IMG/VR virus record: IMGVR_UViG_3300034073_002585
Span: 90,193-154,192 of that record
Length of the DNA stretch: 64,000 bases
Source of the DNA: a virus
Reading direction: 5' to 3' (one strand)
Part shown: positions 20,021-30,070 of the stretch, piece after piece
How the letters are laid out: the number at the start of each line of letters is the position of its first letter
Position numbering within the stretch: position 1 is the stretch's first letter
Notes under the pieces: generated by a model
What the model was told of the DNA's origin: nothing
The model's input: the letters and a program-made list of their open reading frames with translations, nothing else
Database searches by the model: none
Program-made: the position numbers and the translations under genes

Positions 20021-23000
20021 AAAGCGTAGAAGAAGACTAACGTCTTTAATGAGTCGATTAGAGCAAAGAGTTAGGTCTGTTGAACTTAGGTCTACAAACT
20101 TGCTCACTAGTAGCGAGATTGCAGCTGCAGTAGAAATAGGTGTCCCATCTGATGGACCAGAAACTGTTGTCAGTGCTTCTGCTCCCTATCAATTTAAGAA
20201 AATTCAAGATGCATACGTTTACCCTAAAGCTTTAACTGGGCTCTCGTCTGACAGAGTAGAAATCTATTTAGAAGTAGATACTGGAGCCGCAGTCGGAGAC
20301 AGGATAGAGATATCTGGTATCCACTGGGCAACTAGTAGCCCAATCGATGTAACTAGTGATAACTTTACTGTTCTAGCAACTGACACCCCGCCGTGGGATG
20401 GCAGAAAATCCTACATGCATGACCCTACTGAAGACCAGCTGAGTGGGGTAACAATAAGCAATACTTACTACTTTCAGCCCGAGACGGCTGCACCCCAGAC
20501 TTGGTCAACCAGACGAAGACTTCAAACCAGACGATTAGTTGATTCTTTTTCTGTAACAGACACCACTGTTACTTTGACTATGAATGCCACTCACCATTTT
20601 GAGGTGGGAGACGTTATATATGTAGACATATATTCTGAAGATTCTAGAGCTTATGGTGTAGATGGCCTATTTAGGGTCACTGCCGTAGACTCTACTGTAA
20701 TAGAATACGAATTAGATGCAGGAGTAGATACTCCTACTGGAGACATAACTCCTGTCACTCCAGTCTACGTTTTTCCCGTAGCCAGAGAATGGGCTCAGGA
20801 CGGTTCAATTTGGGTAGACAGTTCAAGCAATAAAACCTATTACTGGGATGGTCTTCGCTGGACTGAGTACACCCCAAGTACGCAGGTTGAAGCAGACGGT
20901 GACCCACCAGCACCTCCAACATCTTTAAGTGTTTCCAGTACCGCAACTCTAGTTGGAGCAACTTATACCCCTAGAGCAGAAGTAACTTTGTCGTGGACTG
21001 CCCCCACTCAAACAGCTGCTGGGGAAGAGTTGACAGACCTGGCTGGATACAAGATTAGGTGGAGGAGAGGTTCATCTGAAGATTGGCGTTCTGTATCAGT
21101 ATTTGATTCCACAATCTCTTCATACACTTTTGCTGAAGATGTTTCTTTCCAACAAAATACTGCTTACAGTTTTCAGCTATATGCTTTTGATTCTGGACTC
21201 CAAGACTCCACTGCTGCCACAGCCTCTCATACGACAGCAAAGTCGGCGGGGGACCACTCCATCTACAAGCCTACTCTTCCTGTAGTCACTAGTAGGCTAG
21301 GTACTATAACTGTCACATGGGACGGTAAATTAGATACTGGTAGCGGAGAAATAACTGCTCCAAGCAGCATTGTCTCACTAAACATATATATGTCTACCTC
21401 GTCTGGCTTCACGCCGTCCGAAACTAACTTATATAAAAAAGTTCGAGTATTTGGCTCCGATGGTGGATTTGATGTAATTACTGACCTCACTTATAACACC
21501 ACCTACTATTTCATAATCAGCGTTTCCGATACGGCTGGTGTAGAGAGCCCTTACTCGTCACCCCAGGTAGCGGCTCAGATTTCACCACTAGTAGACACTG
21601 ACATTATCTATTCAACTCTGAATAACTGGCCCTTTGCTGACGGTCTAGTCTCCGCTAGTGCTTTGGCTGATGGTTCAGTGTCTGCAGCTAAGCTTCTAGA
21701 CGGCGCAGTGGAGGCCAACAAACTCAAGGCAAATGCAGTAACTTCTTTAGCTATAGCAGCAAATGCGGTAACTGCAGCGTCAATTGCCGCTAACGCAGTA
21801 ACTGGTCCTGCTATTGCTTCCTCTGCAATTACTGCAGGTAAGATTGCCGCTGGCGCTGTGACTGCTACAACCATCGCTTCAGGTGCAATAACATCAGACA
21901 AGATAACTGCAGGGGCCATTGGGGCTACTCAGATAGCAGCCGATGCAATTACTGCAGATAAAATATCTGCTGGGGCTATTGGTGCGGACGAGATAGCTGC
22001 GGGCGCGATTATTGCTGGAAAGATTGGTGCTGATGCTGTCACTGCAGCAACAATTGCTGCTGGTGCAATTACAGCTGGAAAAATTTCAACAAATGCTATT
22101 ACTGCAGACAAAATTGAAGCAGGAGCCATTACCGCAGTAAAAATTTCTTCTAGCGCAATTACAGCAGATAAAATTGAAGCAGGAGCCATTACCGCAGCAA
22201 AAATTGCCGCTGAAGCAATCACGGCTGAAAAACTTCAAGCTGATTTAGTTTTGACAAGCTTAATAAAAACTGGACCTGCAGGGACCGCAAGAATAGAAAT
22301 TAGAGGGTCTAACATAGCCAATCCTGGCATTGTTTCTTTCAAGGGCGATGGAAGTACTGCATTCAGATTGTACTCTAACGGAATATCCTATCTTGACGAC
22401 ATAATTGTAGATACGGCTTCAGTGTCTGGAACTATAACTGGTGGAACAATTAGAACGGCAGCTAGCGGCCAAAGAGTTCAGATGCAGGGGTCCACTAATA
22501 GCCTTAGATTCTATAACTCTAGCGGAGCCATAGCTGGCGAAATTGAAGGACAAACTCTAGGAGCAAGATTCGATAGCTCTCTTGGTGCATTCATTCAGGT
22601 TGGTGGTGGCGTTACCATGGGCTCTGGTTCCACTACAGCGACATCCGTAAACTCTAGCGGACTAGTTTTGCTAGTTGCCCCTACCACAACATTTGCAGCA
22701 AATCTAAGAAGGCCAGATGCTGGTAACGTAATTCAGGTAGTTTCTTCTGACCTAAGAATTAAGGAAAATGTTTTTAGTATTACAGACGGAATATCTGTAG
22801 TAAATCAATTAAATCCTGTGACATTCAACAGCAAAGTAGATGGAACTGACAAGGTTGTCTCTGGGTTCTTGGCTCAGGATGTTGCTAATATCCTACCTGT
22901 TGAAACATATACTGCTGTTACAGAAGTAGAGGGGACTATTCCAGACTTTGACGGGGTAAATCCCGAGGATTTTGAGGAAAGCCCGCTGTTATCTCTTAAC

Positions 23001-23105
23001 CATATAGAGCTTCTACCATATTTAACTAAAGCTATTCAAGAGCTAATACAGAAAAACTCTGACCTAGAAAACAGGATAGCTACCCTAGAAAGTTCGGGTG
23101 AGTAG
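20010..23105 (+). CDS. tail fibre / receptor-binding protein: FN3 domains, (AITADKIAAG)n repeat shaft, C-terminal peptidase S74 intramolecular chaperone
   Basis: LSWTAP...DLAGYKIRWR FN3 domain; many 10-aa repeats; SSDLRIKENV...GFLAQDV...L...L.KAIQEL coiled coil. Start is probably TTG 20010 (ORF track gives 19992). Confidence 0.85.
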   Translation: MGIRKRRRRLTSLMSRLEQRVRSVELRSTNLLTSSEIAAAVEIGVPSDGPETVVSASAPYQFKKIQDAYVYPKALTGLSSDRVEIYLEVDTGAAVGDRIEISGIHWATSSPIDVTSDNFTVLATDTPPWDGRKSYMHDPTEDQLSGVTISNTYYFQPETAAPQTWSTRRRLQTRRLVDSFSVTDTTVTLTMNATHHFEVGDVIYVDIYSEDSRAYGVDGLFRVTAVDSTVIEYELDAGVDTPTGDITPVTPVYVFPVAREWAQDGSIWVDSSSNKTYYWDGLRWTEYTPSTQVEADGDPPAPPTSLSVSSTATLVGATYTPRAEVTLSWTAPTQTAAGEELTDLAGYKIRWRRGSSEDWRSVSVFDSTISSYTFAEDVSFQQNTAYSFQLYAFDSGLQDSTAATASHTTAKSAGDHSIYKPTLPVVTSRLGTITVTWDGKLDTGSGEITAPSSIVSLNIYMSTSSGFTPSETNLYKKVRVFGSDGGFDVITDLTYNTTYYFIISVSDTAGVESPYSSPQVAAQISPLVDTDIIYSTLNNWPFADGLVSASALADGSVSAAKLLDGAVEANKLKANAVTSLAIAANAVTAASIAANAVTGPAIASSAITAGKIAAGAVTATTIASGAITSDKITAGAIGATQIAADAITADKISAGAIGADEIAAGAIIAGKIGADAVTAATIAAGAITAGKISTNAITADKIEAGAITAVKISSSAITADKIEAGAITAAKIAAEAITAEKLQADLVLTSLIKTGPAGTARIEIRGSNIANPGIVSFKGDGSTAFRLYSNGISYLDDIIVDTASVSGTITGGTIRTAASGQRVQMQGSTNSLRFYNSSGAIAGEIEGQTLGARFDSSLGAFIQVGGGVTMGSGSTTATSVNSSGLVLLVAPTTTFAANLRRPDAGNVIQVVSSDLRIKENVFSITDGISVVNQLNPVTFNSKVDGTDKVVSGFLAQDVANILPVETYTAVTEVEGTIPDFDGVNPEDFEESPLLSLNHIELLPYLTKAIQELIQKNSDLENRIATLESSGE
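21650..22235 (+). repeat. 30-bp (10-aa) degenerate coding repeats AITA(D/G)KI(A/S/E)AG
   Basis: Visible in the translation of the tail fibre. Confidence 0.85.
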
Positions 23106-23575
23106 TGTTTTCAGTAAAAGACGGAGATAGGACACTCCAATTCAACGGTACTCTACTCGCCAAGTCCACATCGGAACGCAGAGGGGCTCACCGCTGGATT
23201 GAGTTCGAGCTATATAAAACAGAAAGCGGCTCTTACATTATGTCTAGAGTTGGCGTCTCACTCATGTTCCACGGAGCTGCCTGCTCTTTAGTGTCTAAAT
23301 ATAAACTTACCGAATCCCTTGCCTACGACCTTCCTCGTAGAGCGGTGCCCTGCGAGGAGTGTCAGCCAGATGACAGCTTAGACTTGGTTTTCCCAGAAAA
23401 GTACAGATACTGGGCATTAGTGAGTAACCAAGCTCAGGCGGTACTAGATGCTCTATATAAGTATGACGACAATGGTTCTTACTATTTGACGAGTGTTGCT
23501 CAGCGTTTATTGCAACAAGCTGCTAAGGTGGACAAAGACATTGCAGATGTGTACAATGTCGAAGTAATACCTTAG
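23105..23575 (+). CDS. conserved hypothetical phage protein
   Basis: 156 aa with RWIEFELYKT..G.Y and H..C / PCEEC motifs; TAGTG overlap with the fibre gene. Confidence 0.7.
   Translation: MFSVKDGDRTLQFNGTLLAKSTSERRGAHRWIEFELYKTESGSYIMSRVGVSLMFHGAACSLVSKYKLTESLAYDLPRRAVPCEECQPDDSLDLVFPEKYRYWALVSNQAQAVLDALYKYDDNGSYYLTSVAQRLLQQAAKVDKDIADVYNVEVIP
23529..23557 (+). promoter_or_regulatory. sigma70-type promoter for the DNA polymerase operon, embedded in the upstream CDS
   Basis: TGGACA-17 bp-TACAAT. Confidence 0.55.
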
Positions 23576-23588
23576 AGAAAGACGCTAA

Positions 23589-25409
23589 ATGACAAAAGGA
23601 CTTGACGGAGTTCAACTCCATCTAGTCGACTCGATTGAGAAAGCTAGCGAGTTTATTCACTGGCTCGGAGAACGTCGTCCACTCAATGCAATCGCTATTG
23701 ACACTGAAACTGGTGAACTTCCTGGTAATCCACGTAAGGATGCCTTATCCCCTTGGCATGGTCGTCTACGTCTAGTTCAGGTTGGCGATGCTAGACAGGG
23801 GTGGGCCATTCCCTGGGACACTTGGAAGGGCGTCTTTTATGAAGCAATGGAAAAGTTTGATGGTCCAATAGTTTGCCACAATATTGCCTTCGAGGCTAAA
23901 TGGTTTGACCAGCAGTCAACGTGGAAGATGCCCTGGCATCGTGCCCATGACACAATGCTTATGGCAAAGCTTATTGACCCACTGGGCACTGGAGCTCTAA
24001 AGAAGCTAACAGAGCAACTTGTTGACCCCACAGCGGCGGCACTTCAATCTGTTCTAGACGCAAAGCTTATAGAGAATGGTTGGACATGGGGAACTGTTCC
24101 AGTTAACTTTGAACCGTACTGGTCATATGGCGCACTAGATACCGTGCTGACTATGAAACTTTTTGAGCAATTCTGGGAAGACACTGCTCCAGGCAAAAGA
24201 TTCTCTATCCCTTACGAGCTAGAAATGAATACGCGCCGTATAACTACTCAAATGGAGTTAAATGGGGCAAGGCTAGATTTAGAGTACTCAAACGCAAAGT
24301 ATGAAGAGCTAATAAACTATAGCAGCTCAGTCTCATCTTGGGCAAAAAGCAGCTACGGGATAGGAATAGGAAGCAACCAACAGTTAGTAGCTCAGTTTGA
24401 AAAACTAGGGTTTGATATAACAGAAAAGACCGAAAAGGGTCAGAAGTCTGCCAATGCTGACCAGCTAAAAATGATTGTTCGAGATGGCAATGCTGAAGCC
24501 AAACAGTTAGCAGAAGCTACTCTGAACTATAGAAAATCACTAAAATTAGCAAACACCTATTTTGCTAACTTCATTAATGACAATACTGATGGCTTTGTCC
24601 ACCCGTCTATCAACACGATGGGTGCTCGTACTGGTCGTATGTCTATTCAGAACCCTGCACTACAGACCTTGCCTAAGGGTGATGACATTGTCCGCCGTGC
24701 ATTCTTGCCTAAAGATGATGACCACGTAATTGTTACATCGGACCTTGACCAGGTCGAATTCCGCATGTTTGCTTCTCTGTCAAGAGACCCTAACCTTATT
24801 CAGCTGTTCTTGCGTTCAGACGCAACTGGCTCTGACCCATTCACAGAGATTGGCCGCGAGGTTTACAATGACCCGTCCATGGTTAAATCTGACAAGCGTC
24901 GTGCTCTCATTAAGGGAGTTGTGTATGGCCGTCTATATGGTGCAGGTGTTGCAAAGCAGGCGCTTACTGCAGGCGTACCAGAAGAGCAGATGCGTGCAGT
25001 GTCTAACGCGTTCGATGAGCGGTATCCTGGCATGCAACGATTCCAAAAGTATGTAGAACAGACTGGCATGACCCGCCTTGAGACCGAAGGCCTTGGATAT
25101 GTCAACACCTGGACGGGACGCCGTCTTCCTTGTGACGAGGACCGTGTATACACACTAGTTAACTATTTGATTCAGGGTGGAGCTGCTGAGGTCTTTAAGT
25201 CCAACCTAGTAAAATTAGACCAAGCTGACTTGACTGACTTGCTAATTGTTCCAGTTCATGATGAAATTGTTCTAAACGCGCCTCGTAAGGATGCTGAAGA
25301 AATTAAGCAGCTTGTACGTAAGTGCATGACAACAACAGAAAATTGGTCAGTGCCGTTGACTGCAGACGTTGATGGTCCTCTAGAGAATTGGGGCGCAAAG
25401 TATGCCTAA
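23589..25409 (+). CDS. polA: family A DNA polymerase (3'-5' exonuclease + polymerase)
   Basis: ExoI DTET, ExoII HNIAFE, ExoIII YGALD, TGRMS..NP.LQ, motif A DLDQVEFR, motif B RALIKGVVYGRLYG, motif C VHDEI. Confidence 0.95.
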   Translation: MTKGLDGVQLHLVDSIEKASEFIHWLGERRPLNAIAIDTETGELPGNPRKDALSPWHGRLRLVQVGDARQGWAIPWDTWKGVFYEAMEKFDGPIVCHNIAFEAKWFDQQSTWKMPWHRAHDTMLMAKLIDPLGTGALKKLTEQLVDPTAAALQSVLDAKLIENGWTWGTVPVNFEPYWSYGALDTVLTMKLFEQFWEDTAPGKRFSIPYELEMNTRRITTQMELNGARLDLEYSNAKYEELINYSSSVSSWAKSSYGIGIGSNQQLVAQFEKLGFDITEKTEKGQKSANADQLKMIVRDGNAEAKQLAEATLNYRKSLKLANTYFANFINDNTDGFVHPSINTMGARTGRMSIQNPALQTLPKGDDIVRRAFLPKDDDHVIVTSDLDQVEFRMFASLSRDPNLIQLFLRSDATGSDPFTEIGREVYNDPSMVKSDKRRALIKGVVYGRLYGAGVAKQALTAGVPEEQMRAVSNAFDERYPGMQRFQKYVEQTGMTRLETEGLGYVNTWTGRRLPCDEDRVYTLVNYLIQGGAAEVFKSNLVKLDQADLTDLLIVPVHDEIVLNAPRKDAEEIKQLVRKCMTTTENWSVPLTADVDGPLENWGAKYA

Positions 25410-25869
25410 ATATGTTTTGTCAGTAGACCCAGGAAAAATTACTGGAATGGCACTATTCAGTTACGAATATGGTTCGGAGCCAGTAATGGAGTGGTCTAAA
25501 GAGCTAGAACAAGATGAAGTAGCAGATATTGTTCGTAATACCATTTGGACTCCAACAATCAGATACAACATAGACGTGGTCTGCGAAAGATTTGTTATTA
25601 ATGCCCAAACCGTAAGAAACTCTCAAGCTCCCTATTCCCTAGAAGTAATTGGTATCGTGAAGCAGTGTCTTAAAGATAACGGCAGGGCCATGGATGACAT
25701 CTACTTTCAGACACCAGCTGATGCGATGACAATGTTTGACAATAAAAAACTAAAAAAACTTGACTATTGGCACGTTGGTGGTGGCGGCCACGCGCTGGAT
25801 GCAATCCGACACGCCCTTCTCAGATTAGTAAAAACTGGCTGGAAGCCTGTAAAATTGCTAGAAAATTAG
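25402..25869 (+). CDS. RuvC-like Holliday junction resolvase
   Basis: LSVDPGKITG, VVCE and HALDAIRHA. Confidence 0.75.
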   Translation: MPKYVLSVDPGKITGMALFSYEYGSEPVMEWSKELEQDEVADIVRNTIWTPTIRYNIDVVCERFVINAQTVRNSQAPYSLEVIGIVKQCLKDNGRAMDDIYFQTPADAMTMFDNKKLKKLDYWHVGGGGHALDAIRHALLRLVKTGWKPVKLLEN

Positions 25870-25930
25870 TTATTATCAAAAAATACGTGCAAACGTAAAT
25901 TTTTTATGATAATATAGACATAGTGACGAA

Positions 25931-27769
25931 ATGGAGGCCCAATTGGGCGTTTTTGTAGAGCTTGAGAATGACCACATCATTATCAATGCCGAGTGGCGAC
26001 TAAAAGAAGTCTGCCGTGCTTTGCCTGGTTCGAAGTGGGACTCAGATAGAAACGTTTGGCGTATCCCCGTCTCCTGGACTGGCTGTCTATCTCTTCGCTC
26101 GACTTTTGGTCAGCAACTAGAGATTGGACCAAAACTTTCCCAGTGGGCTAAAGAGGAAAAGGCAAGCAGAATTGACCCGAGTAATCTTTTAAGAGAGATA
26201 GAAGTAAGCGAGGACGGAGATGAAGACCTATTCCCCCACCAGCGAGCTGGCGTCGAGTTCCTATCTACGGCCCGTAGAGCCCTTCTAGCGGACGAACCAG
26301 GTCTGGGGAAGACAGCGCAGGCTATCAGGTCTCTAAAGCGCCTACATGACCGCGGAGAGCAGGTTTTCCCTGCCCTAATCGTCTGCCCAAACACACTTAA
26401 GACCAACTGGGAACGTGAGTTTGACCGTTGGTGGCCTGGCATTGATGTTCAGGTTATTAAAGGTACCGCGACTCAGCGGCGTAAGGCATTTGACCACGAA
26501 GCTCAGGTTTATGTAATCAACTGGGAATCCCTCAGGACTCACTCGCGTTTGGTGTCCTATGGCTCTATAGCCCTAGCTCGCTGCACCGAGTGCGGGGGGC
26601 ATGACTCTAAAATTACAGTATCAAGATGTGAAGTTCACCAAAGGGAACTAAACACTATACCTTTTAAATCAGTTATTGCAGACGAAATTCACCGCTCTAA
26701 AGACCCTAAATCAAAGCAAACAAGAGCTCTTTGGGCAGCCTCTGGTGCAGCAGACATCAGGTATGCACTAACTGGTACACCTATCGCAAACGATGTTGTT
26801 GACCTATGGCCAATTCTCCACTGGCTAGACGAGAAAGAGTGGCCTAGTAAGACAAAGTGGATTGACCGTTACGTCAATACCTTTCCTAATGCATTCGGGG
26901 CTCTTATGGTTCTTGGCCTAAAGCCAGCTATGGAGTCAGAATTCTTTGCGGGCATCAATCCTCGTATGCGTCGAATGCTAAAGCAAAAAGTACTTCCTTG
27001 GCTACCTGAGGTCATCAATGACCGTAGGGATGTCGAGATGGGTGCTAAGCAAGAGAAGGCGTATAAGCAAATGCTTGAAAATATGATGGCTATGCTTGAG
27101 ACTACCCCCAGCGAATATATGGAGAATGCCGAACTAGATGCAGGCGCGTTCTCTGGCGACATGGTGGTTGCGACTAATCCCATGGTGCAGATGGGTAGAC
27201 TGATTCAATTTGCTAGCGCTTACGGGCAGATTGAGTTGACAGAGACTGGCGAAAAAATGATTTTGTCAGACCCTTCCTGTAAAGTCGATGCTCTTATGGA
27301 TGATATCGAGAACGGTGACTTTGGAGATGACTCTGTAGCAGTCTGTGCTGTTTCGAGGCAGCTAATCGAGCTGTTAAGTGCTCGTATGACTAAAGAAGGT
27401 ATTAGGCACGGACTAATTACTGGTGCTCAGAATGAAATGGAGCGTCAGCAGGCAATTGACGATTTCCAGTCTGGACGTACAAAGTGGATTCTGTTCACTG
27501 CCCAGGCTGGCGGTGTTGGTGTCACCTTGACAGCAGCACGCCGACTTGTTATGCTTCAGAGGCCATGGTCTCTTGTTGACTACAAGCAGGCTCTGGACCG
27601 CGTTCACAGAATTGGTTCTGAGATTCACGACTCGATTCTCATCACTGATTACGTGACCGAGGGGACTGTAGAGGAAAAAGTAATTGACACTTTGGGTGCT
27701 AAGGATTACAATTTCCAACAAGTAGTTAAGGACAAAGAGCAACTGCTCAGAATGCTGAGAGACAAATGA
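25931..27769 (+). CDS. SNF2-family DEAH helicase
   Basis: LLADEPGLGKT, DEIH, LTGTP, QALDRVHRIG; CxxC insertion. Confidence 0.95.
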   Translation: MEAQLGVFVELENDHIIINAEWRLKEVCRALPGSKWDSDRNVWRIPVSWTGCLSLRSTFGQQLEIGPKLSQWAKEEKASRIDPSNLLREIEVSEDGDEDLFPHQRAGVEFLSTARRALLADEPGLGKTAQAIRSLKRLHDRGEQVFPALIVCPNTLKTNWEREFDRWWPGIDVQVIKGTATQRRKAFDHEAQVYVINWESLRTHSRLVSYGSIALARCTECGGHDSKITVSRCEVHQRELNTIPFKSVIADEIHRSKDPKSKQTRALWAASGAADIRYALTGTPIANDVVDLWPILHWLDEKEWPSKTKWIDRYVNTFPNAFGALMVLGLKPAMESEFFAGINPRMRRMLKQKVLPWLPEVINDRRDVEMGAKQEKAYKQMLENMMAMLETTPSEYMENAELDAGAFSGDMVVATNPMVQMGRLIQFASAYGQIELTETGEKMILSDPSCKVDALMDDIENGDFGDDSVAVCAVSRQLIELLSARMTKEGIRHGLITGAQNEMERQQAIDDFQSGRTKWILFTAQAGGVGVTLTAARRLVMLQRPWSLVDYKQALDRVHRIGSEIHDSILITDYVTEGTVEEKVIDTLGAKDYNFQQVVKDKEQLLRMLRDK

Positions 27770-28695
27770 CAAATCCAGTTAGAATTTCTAACTCAGAGAT
27801 TCAGACTTTTAAGGACTGCAGACGCAGATGGTGGTTTACCTACTACCGACGTCTACGTCCGAAGATTGCAGAATTCACTGGTGCTCTAGCTCTAGGTTCT
27901 CGTATTCACGAGGCCCTAGACAGACACTACTCCACTGGTCAAGACCTTTTAGAAGCCCACGCGGAGCTTGTTAAAGAGGACATGAAGAAGATGAACGATG
28001 CATATCGTGACACGTCTGCCCTTGAGACTGAAGCCGAGCTTGGCCGTGTAATGCTAGAGGGCTACTTAGAGTGGATTGAGCTTAACGGTATTGATGCCGA
28101 GCTAGAAATGATTTCTACAGAAGAAATTATCGAGCGTCCGATGCTAGATGGGCGTGTAACTCTTCAGGGAAAGATTGACATGCGTGTCCGTCGTAAGATT
28201 GATGGCGCTCGCATGTTCCGTGACTTCAAAACTGTTGGTGGCTCTTTTGCCGACTTCGGTTCTATTGCCCACATGAATGAGCAGGTACTGACATATATGC
28301 TCCTAGAAGAGGCTCAGAACAAAGAAGGCGAGCGAGCTGACGGAGCTATCTTCACGATGCTTCGTAAGGTTAAGCGCGGTGCTTATGCTAAGCCGCCGTT
28401 CTATGACCAGATTGAAGTTAGACATAATAAGTTTGCACTGCGTTCGTTTTACGAGCGTTTGGAAGGCACTCTAGAAGACATGATGCGTGTGCGTGATGCT
28501 CTAGATGCAGGTGAGAGCCACTTCCGCCACGTGTACCCTAAACCAAGCAGGGACTGCAAGTGGAAGTGCCAATTCTTCGCTATTTGCCCGTTAGTTGACG
28601 ATGGTTCGGCAGCTGAAGCGGCGATTAGCGATGCGTTTGAGGTCGCCGACCCTTACGGATATTACGGAATCGAAGAGAAGAAGGGAAGTGAGTAA
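27766..28695 (+). CDS. Cas4-like PD-(D/E)XK exonuclease
   Basis: FKDCRRRW, GSRIHEAL, GKID...DFKT, Q...Y, CKWKCQF...C. Confidence 0.85.
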   Translation: MTNPVRISNSEIQTFKDCRRRWWFTYYRRLRPKIAEFTGALALGSRIHEALDRHYSTGQDLLEAHAELVKEDMKKMNDAYRDTSALETEAELGRVMLEGYLEWIELNGIDAELEMISTEEIIERPMLDGRVTLQGKIDMRVRRKIDGARMFRDFKTVGGSFADFGSIAHMNEQVLTYMLLEEAQNKEGERADGAIFTMLRKVKRGAYAKPPFYDQIEVRHNKFALRSFYERLEGTLEDMMRVRDALDAGESHFRHVYPKPSRDCKWKCQFFAICPLVDDGSAAEAAISDAFEVADPYGYYGIEEKKGSE

Positions 28696-29462
28696 TGAGT
28701 AATGCAGTTGACCGCAGTTTAACAATTATGGTTTATGGCGAGTCCAAGGTTGGTAAGTCCAGCTTTGCTGTAACAGCTCCATACCCACGCCTAATGCTCG
28801 ACGTTGAGGGAGGCCACCGCTTCCTACCAATCAACATCAAGTATTGGGACCCGCTTACTGAGGAACCGCCACTAGCAGATGGCACCTGGGACACCGTTGT
28901 AGTCAAGGTAAATGACTATGACGTTGTCATGAAGGCCTTCCAGTGGTTGCAGTCAGGAAAGCACCAGTTCAAGTCCTTGATTATTGACTCCATTTCGGAG
29001 CTCCAGGTCAAGTGCATGGACAACATTGCAGGCACAGAGCAGATGAAGATGCAACAGTGGGGCGAGCTACTTCGCCACATGGGAGCACTTCTTCGTGACC
29101 TCCGTGACCTAACAATGCACCCTACCCAGCCTCTTGAGGCTGTGGTACTGACCGCTATGGCACGTAAGGGTCAGGATGGCGTTTACCGTCCTTACCTTCA
29201 GGGCCAGCTAGCGATTCAGGCCCCATATTTCTATGACATTCTTGGCGCTATTACTGTGGAGACGGAACCAAATCCAGACCCACTACAGCCGCCGTACAAG
29301 GTTCGCAAGATGTATGTCGAGCGTACCCCTGAGTACGAGGCTGGTGAGCGCGTTCAAGGACGTCTAGGCAAGGTAGTACAGCAGGGAGACCTTGGGGTCG
29401 AACGCATGCTGGACATGGTCTTCGGAGAAAAGAAGACACAAACAACAAGTAAAACCAACTAA
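28695..29462 (+). CDS. AAA_24 / Sak4-like recombination ATPase
   Basis: YGESKVGKS, LDVEGG, IIDSISE. Confidence 0.85.
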   Translation: MSNAVDRSLTIMVYGESKVGKSSFAVTAPYPRLMLDVEGGHRFLPINIKYWDPLTEEPPLADGTWDTVVVKVNDYDVVMKAFQWLQSGKHQFKSLIIDSISELQVKCMDNIAGTEQMKMQQWGELLRHMGALLRDLRDLTMHPTQPLEAVVLTAMARKGQDGVYRPYLQGQLAIQAPYFYDILGAITVETEPNPDPLQPPYKVRKMYVERTPEYEAGERVQGRLGKVVQQGDLGVERMLDMVFGEKKTQTTSKTN

Positions 29463-29473
29463 GGAAGGCAGTT

Positions 29474-30007
29474 ATGACTACTGTTAATTTCGCAGAGCTC
29501 GTCCAGAAGGCTGGAGATGCTGCTGCAAGCACTAACTATGAACCACTACCAGAGGGAGACTACGAGCTAAAGATTCTTGACGCTCAGGCTACTCAGACCT
29601 CCACTGGTAAGCTCATGTTCAAGATTACGACTGAGGTCCAGGGCGGTCCGCACGATAAGCGCCGCGTCTGGGACCAGTGGGTAGTTACTCCAGACAATGA
29701 GACCGCTATGAACATCTTTTTTGCAAAGGGTGCAGCTATCGGTCTAGGCAAGGAGTACTGGCTAGCAAACCCTTCACCTGCACAGGTGGAGCAGGCTCTT
29801 CAGGGCCGTACTTTCCGTGGCAAGATTGCTATCCGCACTTACCAGGGTAAGCAGGGAAACGAGATTAAGAGCTACTACAGCTCTAGAATTGCTTCCCCTT
29901 CAGCTTCAGCTGCTCCAGTAGCTGCAGCCCCTGCTCCAGCCCCAGCGCCTGCACCTGCTCCAGCTCCTGCATCTCCAGTAGCTGGCAGTGAGGACGCACC
30001 GTTCTAA
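29474..30007 (+). CDS. single-stranded DNA-binding protein (DUF669-like)
   Basis: YEPLPEGDY, Y.G...NEIK, PA-rich linker and acidic EDAPF tail. Confidence 0.85.
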   Translation: MTTVNFAELVQKAGDAAASTNYEPLPEGDYELKILDAQATQTSTGKLMFKITTEVQGGPHDKRRVWDQWVVTPDNETAMNIFFAKGAAIGLGKEYWLANPSPAQVEQALQGRTFRGKIAIRTYQGKQGNEIKSYYSSRIASPSASAAPVAAAPAPAPAPAPAPAPASPVAGSEDAPF

Positions 30008-30020
30008 ACAATATGTAGAA

Positions 30021-30048
30021 GGCAGGGTGGCTCTCGGGTCGCCCTGCC
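30021..30048 (+). terminator. hairpin terminator after SSB
   Basis: ggcagggtggct-ctcg-ggtcgccctgcc. Confidence 0.65.
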
Positions 30049-30070
30049 AACTACTTAATTAGGGAAAATA

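Noticed and set aside
27766-28695. Cas4-like gene as part of a CRISPR-Cas system
   Set aside because: No other cas genes or array; it sits in the usual phage exonuclease-recombinase-SSB module.
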